Part shown: positions 1-8,284 of the stretch, piece after piece
Layout of the letters: every line of letters starts with the position of its first letter
Numbering within the stretch: the first letter of the stretch is position 1
DNA from: an uncultured Opitutales bacterium
Lineage (GTDB): Bacteria > Verrucomicrobiota > Verrucomicrobiia > Opitutales > UBA9783
Length of the DNA stretch: 32,000 nucleotides
Direction of reading: 5' to 3'
Assembly (NCBI GenBank): GCA_934691225.1
Contig: CAKUSQ010000002.1
Coordinates: forward strand, 1-32,000
The notes under the pieces: generated by a model
What the model was told of the DNA's origin: nothing
What the model saw: the letters and a program-made list of their open reading frames with translations, nothing else
Databases searched by the model: none
Translations under genes and position numbers: made by a program

Positions 1-486
1 GTACAGATCGATGAAGGTTTTTGTGGGATCATCGAAACAATCCGGGCATTCTTTTTTAAATTATCCACCATTTCTTGAACCAGCTTTTTAGGAGTAAAAA
101 TTTGGTTCGTTTTTGAGGTGGAATGTAATCAAAAATATCTTCTTTCGCAATGTCTTCGAAATAATTGGCTAAACGTAGTTTCAAAGCCAAAAAATTTCGT
201 TGAGACTTTTCTTTTTTAATTCATCGTGCATAAAATGGAAAGTGATACCTTTGGAGGTATCTTGAGGATTGGAAGGTAGATGGCTCAACGTCTCATATTG
301 CTCCAAAACATGTTTTAGACATAGAGCACGAACAGCTGGATCGTAAAATGAAAAAACAAGACGATACAATGCTTTTAGATCATCACTGTTTGTAGTGAAA
401 TGAAGCGAAGGATACTCTTCAGTTAAAATTACATTCCCTTCGTCGAGTTCATATCTACTTGTTACATTTCCGCAATTACTTTTTAT
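1..486 (-). pseudogene. Fragment of a DNA-methyltransferase-like gene, paralogous to 18700..19809. The 5' end is cut near 486, the gene runs off the left window edge, and it carries at least two 1-nt indels.
   Basis: The reverse strand of 1..190 matches 19300..19470 at most positions by eye (ANYFEDIAKEDIFDYIPPQK, TNQIFTPKKLVQEMVDNL). Relative to the paralog, the T run at 110..114 is one base short (T5 vs T6). A second 1-nt deletion lies at about 45..58. The frame is open only up to a stop at 487..489. Confidence 0.6.
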
Positions 487-1690
487 TTAAAACCTTTTCA
501 TAAATAATTTTTGCGATATATTTATTCCCTAATGCGGAATGATGTCCATAGGTATCAATAAAATACTTTTCTAAATCATTTTTATCAAATGTATTCCAAA
601 AATCAAACATATCTAAGAAATTTAAATTTATTTTTTCACATATTGATTTCAGTTCATTTCTGTATAAATTGTTATTCTGTTGTATAAACTTTATATGAGA
701 ATAGGATGGGAGCATAATTAAATGAGGAATATGTTTTTTATTTTTACAAAACTGAACGAAACGTAAAAGTATAGCCTCCAATAATTTAGATTGTTGAGTA
801 TAAAGCATCTGTAAGTATTCATTTTCTTTTTGTAAATTTTTTACAATAAATGGTTCAGCATTTTTAAGGAAATTCTTTACATTTTTATCTTTAGAAAATT
901 TTAATCTATTGAATGCTAATAAATAATTTAGGAGATTTTTATCTTGAATTAAATAACTTAAAGCTGTTTTGGGAGACTGTTTTATGTTTTGCAAGAACCC
1001 TGGGTAATTACCATCGTATTTGTGTAAAAATTTTTCATAAGCTGGAATATTTTCAAATTCATTAACATCTTTTATAAAATTTTCAATGAATTTTAAATTC
1101 CCATTTTCTAAAACAAATCTTGGTTTTGCAGCTAATACGTTTCCAGGTTCACAATAATGTTTCCAAACACTTATTATTCTTTCTATTGTCCATGGAGTAA
1201 TTATCATTAATACCAGTTTTATGGATTTTTGTAATGGAGTAGATTCTAATCTTAAAACAGCTTGGTCTAAGCCGTAATTTCCAACGCCGTAATTTGAAAC
1301 GTAAGAATTTGTTAATTCAGATAAAAAGTATTGTATTGTTTCATCGTTGTTTACTTCTCTGCACATGCAGAAAGAATCCCCAAAGGTTGTTATGTATTCT
1401 GCCTGACTAAATGAATTTTCAAACGTCCTACTTCCAAATTTATCAATAGAATAAGAAGCTCCCCTGTCTACTCCTATATAAGAACCTGTATTATCAGGAT
1501 GATTAACTGTAGGAATAGGTTTCCATCCTAGATATTGATCGAAAGTTTTATATTTTTTAATAATTTTTTTATTAATTGAAGGAAATTCTTTGAAAAACAA
1601 TCCTGCTTTGATCAAATATCCTCTTAGAGATATTTCAATTATTAGTAATAACAAAATTAACAATACAAATAATATGCTAAACATTTTCAT
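476..1690 (-). CDS. Membrane-anchored SGNH/GDSL-like hydrolase or acyltransferase-family protein
   Basis: 404-aa ORF with an N-terminal hydrophobic helix (FSILFVLLILLLLIIEISL). It has a GDS block (TTFGDSFCM) and a C-terminal Asp/His block (DTYGHHSALGN). It is the last gene of the minus-strand operon, 31 nt after the nucleotidyltransferase gene. Confidence 0.55.
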   Translation of the reverse strand: MKMFSILFVLLILLLLIIEISLRGYLIKAGLFFKEFPSINKKIIKKYKTFDQYLGWKPIPTVNHPDNTGSYIGVDRGASYSIDKFGSRTFENSFSQAEYITTFGDSFCMCREVNNDETIQYFLSELTNSYVSNYGVGNYGLDQAVLRLESTPLQKSIKLVLMIITPWTIERIISVWKHYCEPGNVLAAKPRFVLENGNLKFIENFIKDVNEFENIPAYEKFLHKYDGNYPGFLQNIKQSPKTALSYLIQDKNLLNYLLAFNRLKFSKDKNVKNFLKNAEPFIVKNLQKENEYLQMLYTQQSKLLEAILLRFVQFCKNKKHIPHLIMLPSYSHIKFIQQNNNLYRNELKSICEKINLNFLDMFDFWNTFDKNDLEKYFIDTYGHHSALGNKYIAKIIYEKVLNKK

Positions 1691-1721
1691 TCTCTATAAA
1701 TAAACGTTTAAAAAAAATTGT

Positions 1722-2462
1722 TCATAACCAATCAAGCTCCAAATTTAAATCATTAACGGTATCAAACTCTGTCCAATGATTGTGTATAGGGACGCCAAAT
1801 ACAGGAAAGTTTTTATCAATGAGGAATTGTAAAAAGTCTGTCGTGTACGCATTTTTATAGTTCGGATGTACAGCCTTAAATGTTTTGTACATTTGTTTAA
1901 ATTCTTTAACAAATGGTGCTGAGATTTTAAATAATCCGATATATTGCCCCTGAATATCATCGAGCGTTTTTGGTTTCTTACCAAGTTCGAAAATTTTTTG
2001 CGAGATTGGATCCCAGCGAAATGTTTCAGCATCCTTGAGTGGATCTTCCATGCGATTATTCCAATACGTATGCCATCCAATGTCTGTAATTATATTGCAA
2101 GGATGGCTAGCGTTTAATAAAGCTTCAAAAACGGAATGATGATATATGATATCACCATAACTTATGATAATATCTTTAGACTCATCCATAAGATTTTCCG
2201 CGCAAAATAAACTGTAAAGCATATTTGTTGTGGCAAAATCTTTGTTCACAACAACCGGATGATCTTTTTTAGGTAAAGCTTCATTGTGATATCCGCCAAT
2301 AAGCGTAATATCTGTTAGAGCAAATTGTTTGAAAACTTCTAACTGATACTGAAGCAACATCTTCCCTTTGTAGGGGACTATACACTTAGGTTTAGTTTCT
2401 GTGTATGGCCGCAAACGTTTGCCTTCACCCGCACAAAGCACGAATATTTTAACATCTTTCAT
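1722..2462 (-). CDS. Nucleotidyltransferase (NTP-transferase fold); candidate Cj1416-like cytidylyltransferase
   Basis: 246 aa. The N-terminal signature LCAGEGKRLRPYTETKPKC fits GxGxRLxPxTxxxPK, and the C-terminal WTEFDTVNDL is typical of this fold. Its start overlaps the stop of the upstream amidotransferase-like gene by 14 nt. Confidence 0.75.
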   Translation of the reverse strand: MKDVKIFVLCAGEGKRLRPYTETKPKCIVPYKGKMLLQYQLEVFKQFALTDITLIGGYHNEALPKKDHPVVVNKDFATTNMLYSLFCAENLMDESKDIIISYGDIIYHHSVFEALLNASHPCNIITDIGWHTYWNNRMEDPLKDAETFRWDPISQKIFELGKKPKTLDDIQGQYIGLFKISAPFVKEFKQMYKTFKAVHPNYKNAYTTDFLQFLIDKNFPVFGVPIHNHWTEFDTVNDLNLELDWL

Positions 2463-3045
2463 AAAAATCTTTTATAAAATAATTAAACCAATTTAAAAAT
2501 GGTGGACGCTCTGGATGCCACATAAACGTTACAATCGGTAAGCTTTTATGGCACATGGCTTCACAATGTCCATCATTATCGATTGCTAAAATAAAAAATT
2601 CTTCTGGTATTTTATCTAATGTAAAATTATGAAAAGAATTAACATTAAAAGTTCCGCTTGGGATTCCGTAACGATTATCTTTTATCATTACATTGTGACA
2701 AATGCCAACATGATTTTCGATACAGACTAATTTAGAACCGAAATGTTGTCCGATGAACTGCATACCATGACAAATGCCGAACAGTGGCAAGTGATGTTTT
2801 ATGCAATATTCAATACACGCAGTTTCACAAATAGTACGTGTGCTATGATCATTGCCTCCGCTTATAAGAATACCATCTAGCGCCATTACATCAATGAATT
2901 TCGAAATATTGCAGGTGTTGGGAATAGGAACTGTGATAAAATCATTTTCTGATAATAATTTTATCCAACGTTGATCCAAAACATCACGTGTTTCACCGAT
3001 CGATTCGATGTAATCTACACGCTGAGTTATGCCTATCTTTAACAT
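2449..3045 (-). CDS. Class-I glutamine amidotransferase / peptidase C26-like hydrolase; candidate Cj1417-like gamma-glutamyl hydrolase
   Basis: 198 aa with the nucleophile elbow GICHGMQF, then SFHNF and MWHPE motifs in the order typical of the C26/GATase-1 family. It starts 3 nt after the stop of the kinase gene. Confidence 0.75.
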   Translation of the reverse strand: MLKIGITQRVDYIESIGETRDVLDQRWIKLLSENDFITVPIPNTCNISKFIDVMALDGILISGGNDHSTRTICETACIEYCIKHHLPLFGICHGMQFIGQHFGSKLVCIENHVGICHNVMIKDNRYGIPSGTFNVNSFHNFTLDKIPEEFFILAIDNDGHCEAMCHKSLPIVTFMWHPERPPFLNWFNYFIKDFYERC

Positions 3046-3048
3046 AAA

Positions 3049-6030
3049 CTACCGAATGATGTCAATTTTATGTGAAGCACAGTCTAATTGGATAAAGTGA
3101 GCCACTTTTAATTTATCAAATAAAGCCTCACCTACACCTATACTTGTCGGCAATTTAAACTCAGCACTACGAATGGCCATATGCGAATTAGGCCCTCCAT
3201 AAGCTGTAATAAGACCCGCGATTTCATAATTGAATATCCAATCAAATCCCGGATCAGCATTTTTGATTAAAACGATTTTATTTCTTAATTGTATGCTGTC
3301 TGCTTGCTTTGAATTTTTAAGATAAACAATTTCAGCTTCAATCGATTGATTACCGATAAAATTGGGCAATATTTTAGGAACAAAAAATCCGTAAAAATCT
3401 TCTAACTGTGTAATTAACGGCGGCAATTCGATACATTGTATAATACGATAGTATTCTTTGCCTTGTTCAATAAGCATCGAGAATATATGTTTGATATCTC
3501 GAACTGAATATAGCCCATTGCGCATATCTTCAAAGACATTTATGGGTAAATGAGCCACATCTTCGGTAGTAAAACCGTAAGTTTTACCCATTTCTTCTAC
3601 AAGATCCAAAATTAGAGAAATGTATCTTGTAAAAACAAACTTAGAATATTCACGTCCCGCGATGGCTTGCTTCAAAAACAACTTAAAATCACTTAAAGAG
3701 ATGCCAAAAATTTGTTTGAGACATTTCTCCAAAGCATCGTAATGGGGGGGGGTAATATTTGTAGCTTTTCCTGTCGCAATAGCTTTACCACCTACATTAC
3801 AAAATAGGTATTTATCGGGATCTGAATGGTAAGTTGGCGAAGTAATATCGTACGTCCCTGGCCTTAAATGACCATACATTTTGATGCAATCTTCTTTTGA
3901 AATTTTCCCTTCAATCGCTTGCTGAGTTTTTTCAAAAATTTGGCCTGCGATGGTTTGGATGTTTTCTGTAAGTGAGCTTTTTTCAGCTTCAGAAATAACA
4001 CCTTTCGCAACAAAAGACTTCAAAAACGAGCTAGCAATAAAACCACAGCGCGCTAAATGGGAAAAATTAAGTGTGCCTATTTTGCAGGTTTGCATCAAAA
4101 CGTAAATTTTGTCCAAAGGCTTCAAATGAGTATCTGCAATGCGCGAGAATCGTTTTTCAATAACATCCATTGCTTCGTAACACTTTTGGCATTTTTTAAA
4201 GCCAGCTAGAGTTAAATCAAGTAAAGCTTTTTCGTATTGCTGATACTCATTTTCGGAAAGTTTCGCTTCATTTATCAGCAAATCATGCCAACGATCTTTA
4301 AAGTCGACCGTATAACAGGTTGGCATCAACATAAATTCCAATTTATCGTGCCACTCCGGATTGTTTTTTAATCGATGGATGTAAAAATTAACTAACTTCT
4401 TTGTTGTATCTGTTGACAAATTGTTGGGCAAAAAGGAATGTATACTGGCACGAACATCCACGTAAGGATGTCCGGCAAAATTGATAATGAGCGGATAAGG
4501 ACGTACATCTTTGTATCCAAATTCCGCACGTTGCTGCGCCCAAATATCATTCGTAATAAGCGCTTGATAAAGCGAAATAGCCAAGCGATGCGGTTTTGTA
4601 CCTACAATTTCAGCAGGATTCCAGTCAGGCATTACGCCAAAGATAGTCGTATTGCCCTGTACATCAGGTTGGGCGGTTTGATAATCGACAAAGCGTTTTG
4701 CAGTACATTCTAAGTGCTCATCCAAACGATGATCACCAATCTCTCTCAAATGTTGCGATGCAATCGGTCGAACTTGGAAAATGTACAATTCTTCATCATT
4801 CGTAACGGCAAACTCAATGTCAAGAGCATCGAATTGCGTTAAAGTTTCGATTTCTTGAATAGTTTCGAATAATTTTCTATAAAAGTTAGGTGCATCTGAC
4901 GGAAGGTCGGCATACTTCCAATGATAAAACGTTTCATCTTGTTTGCTTGCACCACTTGTAATGGCGGCCGTATCTTTTTTATCGTAATTGACAACGTAGT
5001 AAGGTGCACCATAGTTAAGTGTTCTTGTAAAAACAACACCACTCACGTTGACATTGTGTAACATGGGTTGCACCAATACTAAATCTGCATTATTGTTTGC
5101 TCCATAAGAATGGATAACTTCCGTAATAGCTTTCGCTAAAGTATCACGTTCTGGGGTAACATTCAATACGCTTTCAAATTTACCTGCATTGGCTTTTGTA
5201 AAGCTGTCTTCTTGCAATGAACTGCTTCTTACAACAAGATCTTTGTCTCCAAAAGTCCTAAGTATCGTATCAATTACGTGATCTGGATTTTTAAACCATT
5301 GTTGTGTAGAAAAATGAATCTGCTCAAGAATACATGACTTCTTAACATGCTTTCTAAGCGCGTACAGCGTTTGTGCTTTCGTCGTCAAAACAAAGCGTGC
5401 AACGTCAATGGGATTACTTACTTCCGCCCATAAATTATGTGCGTTTACAAAATCAATTTTGAAACCTTTTTGTTGTAAACAATCAATAATACCTGATAAA
5501 CGATGCTCATTGAGTTTATCACAGAAACAACCTTCCTCTTTTAAAACTTTTAGCACACTGGGTTTTAAATAAACGCAACCTATAAAGGGATATTTTCTAT
5601 TGCTTTGCTTATCCACAAAAGCTTCACAGTTTTCTTTTGTTTCTAACAGTGAAATATCTTCATCTATAGCGATTGCAGCATCATTGGTTTGTTCAGCTGT
5701 TTGCAGCATTTGTTGTATTAACTGAGATCTGAACAAAACATCTCCATAAGCAACAAATGCCGGTAAATCTTCCACAAATCCTGAATTTTGCAAAGATACA
5801 TCACAAGATGTTTTATCCCACTGAGAATTAAAAACAAAATGCAAATCAGGATATTTATGGGCAATTTTATCAAACTGGTAGCCTCCCACAAAAGTAAACC
5901 GAGAACTTTCTCCTTCGAAGGCAGAAACTTGCCAATCTAAAACGGTTTCCTGCAAATTAACTTTTATATTCGTTGGGTTTTCAACAAATTGTTTTGACTT
6001 CCCAGCACCTAATATGATTACCTGTTGCAT
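3049..6030 (-). CDS. Fusion protein: N-terminal nucleotidyltransferase-like domain plus a PEP-utilising-enzyme-type kinase (PPDK-N ATP-grasp and C-terminal swivelling-His domain, no TIM barrel); candidate Cj1418-like L-glutamine kinase
   Basis: 993 aa. Residues 1-212 (ILGAGKSK ... WAEVSNPIDVARF) look like a complete NTP-transferase domain. VVRSSSLQEDSFTKANAGKFESVLNV is a PPDK_N signature. YGGPNSHMAIRSAEFKLPTSIGVG is the phospho-histidine swivel motif, about 50 aa from the C-terminus. Confidence 0.75.
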   Translation of the reverse strand: MQQVIILGAGKSKQFVENPTNIKVNLQETVLDWQVSAFEGESSRFTFVGGYQFDKIAHKYPDLHFVFNSQWDKTSCDVSLQNSGFVEDLPAFVAYGDVLFRSQLIQQMLQTAEQTNDAAIAIDEDISLLETKENCEAFVDKQSNRKYPFIGCVYLKPSVLKVLKEEGCFCDKLNEHRLSGIIDCLQQKGFKIDFVNAHNLWAEVSNPIDVARFVLTTKAQTLYALRKHVKKSCILEQIHFSTQQWFKNPDHVIDTILRTFGDKDLVVRSSSLQEDSFTKANAGKFESVLNVTPERDTLAKAITEVIHSYGANNNADLVLVQPMLHNVNVSGVVFTRTLNYGAPYYVVNYDKKDTAAITSGASKQDETFYHWKYADLPSDAPNFYRKLFETIQEIETLTQFDALDIEFAVTNDEELYIFQVRPIASQHLREIGDHRLDEHLECTAKRFVDYQTAQPDVQGNTTIFGVMPDWNPAEIVGTKPHRLAISLYQALITNDIWAQQRAEFGYKDVRPYPLIINFAGHPYVDVRASIHSFLPNNLSTDTTKKLVNFYIHRLKNNPEWHDKLEFMLMPTCYTVDFKDRWHDLLINEAKLSENEYQQYEKALLDLTLAGFKKCQKCYEAMDVIEKRFSRIADTHLKPLDKIYVLMQTCKIGTLNFSHLARCGFIASSFLKSFVAKGVISEAEKSSLTENIQTIAGQIFEKTQQAIEGKISKEDCIKMYGHLRPGTYDITSPTYHSDPDKYLFCNVGGKAIATGKATNITPPHYDALEKCLKQIFGISLSDFKLFLKQAIAGREYSKFVFTRYISLILDLVEEMGKTYGFTTEDVAHLPINVFEDMRNGLYSVRDIKHIFSMLIEQGKEYYRIIQCIELPPLITQLEDFYGFFVPKILPNFIGNQSIEAEIVYLKNSKQADSIQLRNKIVLIKNADPGFDWIFNYEIAGLITAYGGPNSHMAIRSAEFKLPTSIGVGEALFDKLKVAHFIQLDCASHKIDIIR
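3744..3752. repeat. Homopolymeric G9 (C9 on the coding strand) inside the kinase gene
   Basis: The direct read is aatGGGGGGGGGtaat. On the coding strand it is ACC CCC CCC CAT (T-P-P-H), currently in frame. I noticed no other G/C run of 7 or more in the window. Confidence 0.95.
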
Positions 6031-7164
6031 ATGTTTGATACGATCTCAAAGTTATTTAATGAATTCAAATCTTACAAGAATTTTTTCGCTGAAAATCATA
6101 AACAACACCGTCAGCTTGTCTTTTACTCCGAACGAGCTATTTACTATCAAACCTTCAGCCCATTTTTGGAAGAGCTTTTAAAAGATTCTTCTATAACATG
6201 TAGCTACATAACATCGGATGCGAATGATCCCATATTAACTCGCCATCATGGTCGTCTTTATCCATTTTATTTTAATTTTTTCTTAAAATCCGTTTTTGAT
6301 AAAATAGATACAAAGTGTTTCGTTTTTACGATGCCAGATTTGAACATGTACCATTTGAAAAAATCAAAACATACCAAGGAATATATCTACTTGTTTCACG
6401 CCTTTTCAAGTACACATTTGCAATATAATGAAGCTGCTTTTGATGCTTACGATACCGTTTTTTGTGTAGGGCCTCATCATATTAAAGAAATTGAAGCGCG
6501 AGAAAATCTATATCACTTGTATCATAAGAAATTGCTTTCTATAGGCTATCCTCGCATGGATATTGTGTATCAAAAATATCAATCCTACAAAAAACAATTT
6601 AAAAAAACGATATTAATTGCCCCAACATGGAGCATGGCAAGCTTATTTGAAAATGGAATTCGACCACTTCTGGATGCTTTATCTCAAACCAATTACCGCG
6701 TTGTTGTCCGTCCCCATCCAGAGTTTTTGAAACGAAGAAAATCTTTGGCTAATTCTCTAAAAAACTACATTTCAACGTTACAAAATTTCATTTGGGAAGA
6801 TCAATTACTAAACGAAGATAGTTTATACGAAGCGGATCTGCTTATCACAGATCGTTCTGGAATCGCCTTTGAATATGCTTTCGGAACAGAGCGCCCGGTA
6901 TTATTCATCGATACACCTTTAAAAGAGCACAATAAAAATTGGAAAGATTTAAATATCGAACCAATAGAACTGCAACTAAGAGATAAAGTCGGTATTAGCG
7001 TTAACTTAGATTTGGATAATATTTTACCGGTTATCGAAGATTTATTGAAAAATTCCGATAATTGGCGTGAAACATTAAAATCAATGCGCAATGAGCACGT
7101 CTTCCACTGGAATTGTTCAGCCAAAAAGGGGGCGGAGTATATAAAAAAGCAATTAAAAGCTTGA
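6031..7164 (+). CDS. CDP-glycerol glycerophosphotransferase (TagB/TagF)-family transferase
   Basis: The C-terminal half reads ILIAPTW ... VVVRPHP ... ADLLITDRSGIAFEYAFGTERPVLFID, the usual TagB/F pattern. The ORF track starts at TTG 6025, but ATG 6031 is the more likely start. Confidence 0.65.
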   Translation: MFDTISKLFNEFKSYKNFFAENHKQHRQLVFYSERAIYYQTFSPFLEELLKDSSITCSYITSDANDPILTRHHGRLYPFYFNFFLKSVFDKIDTKCFVFTMPDLNMYHLKKSKHTKEYIYLFHAFSSTHLQYNEAAFDAYDTVFCVGPHHIKEIEARENLYHLYHKKLLSIGYPRMDIVYQKYQSYKKQFKKTILIAPTWSMASLFENGIRPLLDALSQTNYRVVVRPHPEFLKRRKSLANSLKNYISTLQNFIWEDQLLNEDSLYEADLLITDRSGIAFEYAFGTERPVLFIDTPLKEHNKNWKDLNIEPIELQLRDKVGISVNLDLDNILPVIEDLLKNSDNWRETLKSMRNEHVFHWNCSAKKGAEYIKKQLKA

Positions 7165-7197
7165 TTTTTTGAATTCAAACAAGATAATTTCCTTATG

Positions 7198-7287
7198 AGC
7201 CAATCAGAGCCAATCAGAGCCAATCAGAGCCAATCAGAGCCAATCAGAGCCAATCAGAGCCAATCAGAGCCAATCAGAAACTATCAG
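7198..7287 (+). repeat. Tandem decanucleotide array: (AGCCAATCAG) x8 perfect plus one degenerate copy
   Basis: Eight identical 10-bp units span 7198..7277. A ninth copy, aaactatcag, has 3 mismatches. An ATG at 7195 immediately precedes the array. Confidence 0.95.
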
Positions 7288-7340
7288 AATGCCTTTATAC
7301 AAAATGGCAACCGGTTAAAGCGATAAATTCTTTTATTAAA

Positions 7341-8063
7341 TTGTTCGCTTTAGCTGATTCTAATGCAAAAAAGCAAGCTATTTTAAATCGCTTAAAAGAT
7401 TACTTCCTTGTTAAAAAGCAATTACCTCTCCATTATAAAGTCGCAAAAATTCTCGAAGAACAAGAAAAGAATTATGATTCTTACGACTACGGAGAGAGTT
7501 ATTTTTATCAATCTTGCAAGCCACTGCATATAACTGGTTTTCGTAATACAGAAGCAAGAATTGCCGGAATGAAATTGTATGAGCATTTAAAAGGGAAAAC
7601 GGTTTTGGACATAGGAACGAATGCCGGTTTTTTACCTTTGGAAGTTGCAGATGTTTGTAAATCTATCGATGCTTTTGATATCAATCCGTATTTAATTCGA
7701 ATTGCTAAAACTTCGGCAGAATTTCTGAATATCCATAACGTAAATTTTTGGGCTGGTGTTTTTGAAGATTACAATGAAGATAAGACATACGATGTTGTTT
7801 TATCTTTCGCCAATCATTCAACTTATGATCATAACACAAAGCAATCTGTGGAGGATTATTTTAAAAAATGTCATAAGTATGTAAAAGATGGCGGTATCCT
7901 GTTGTTCGAGTCGCATCACCCAAGTTATGAGACTCCAGAGCGTTTAGAAAAAGTTTTGGAAGTACTAAAGCGTTATTTTGACGTAGAAAGAATTTGCAAA
8001 TTAACACGAGGATCTTCCGGAGATCGCGGCAGAACATTTGCGATTTGTTCAAAAAAAGCTTGA
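7341..8063 (+). CDS. Class I SAM-dependent methyltransferase
   Basis: 240 aa with motif I VLDIGTNAGFLPLEVA followed by an acidic loop (AFDINP). The annotated start is TTG and the first in-frame ATG is codon 77. The frame stays open upstream to 7188, through the repeat array. Confidence 0.7.
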   Translation: MFALADSNAKKQAILNRLKDYFLVKKQLPLHYKVAKILEEQEKNYDSYDYGESYFYQSCKPLHITGFRNTEARIAGMKLYEHLKGKTVLDIGTNAGFLPLEVADVCKSIDAFDINPYLIRIAKTSAEFLNIHNVNFWAGVFEDYNEDKTYDVVLSFANHSTYDHNTKQSVEDYFKKCHKYVKDGGILLFESHHPSYETPERLEKVLEVLKRYFDVERICKLTRGSSGDRGRTFAICSKKA

Positions 8064-8097
8064 AAAATATAAATGATTCATTTTGGATATTTATGTT

Positions 8098-8247
8098 ATG
8101 TTATGTTATATAGATCCAGGTTTAGGTGGCTTGATTGTGCAGAGCCTAATTGCGGGTTGTTTAACCGTTGTATATTTCTTTAGGAGTACCATCGCTAAGA
8201 TTTTTACACCGATTAAAAAATTGTTTTTTAAAGAAAAAAAGAGATAA
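8098..8247 (+). CDS. 49-codon ORF encoding one hydrophobic helix; possibly the detached 5' end of the next gene
   Basis: ATG 8098 gives MLCYIDPGLGGLIVQSLIAGCLTVVYFFRSTIAKIFTPIKKLFFKEKKR, with a stop at 8245..8247. It was absent from the ORF track, presumably because it is short. It ends just after an A7 run (8234..8240). Confidence 0.35.
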   Translation: MLCYIDPGLGGLIVQSLIAGCLTVVYFFRSTIAKIFTPIKKLFFKEKKR

Positions 8248-8284
8248 TGGGCACCTACAGATATCTCATGGGAGTGTATTTTTT

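Noticed and set aside
1745-2080. 111-aa ORF overlapping the nucleotidyltransferase gene in another frame. Similar nested or antisense ORFs occur at 4438..4713, 4839..5042, 6801..7223 and 7861..8052.
   Set aside because: Each lies wholly inside a longer ORF that has clear family motifs, and their sequences are low-complexity and Lys/Arg/Ile-rich, as expected from off-frame AT-rich DNA.
7198-7287. Considered whether the 10-bp repeat array is a CRISPR array
   Set aside because: The units are contiguous with no spacers, the unit is only 10 bp, and there are no cas genes. It is a simple tandem repeat.
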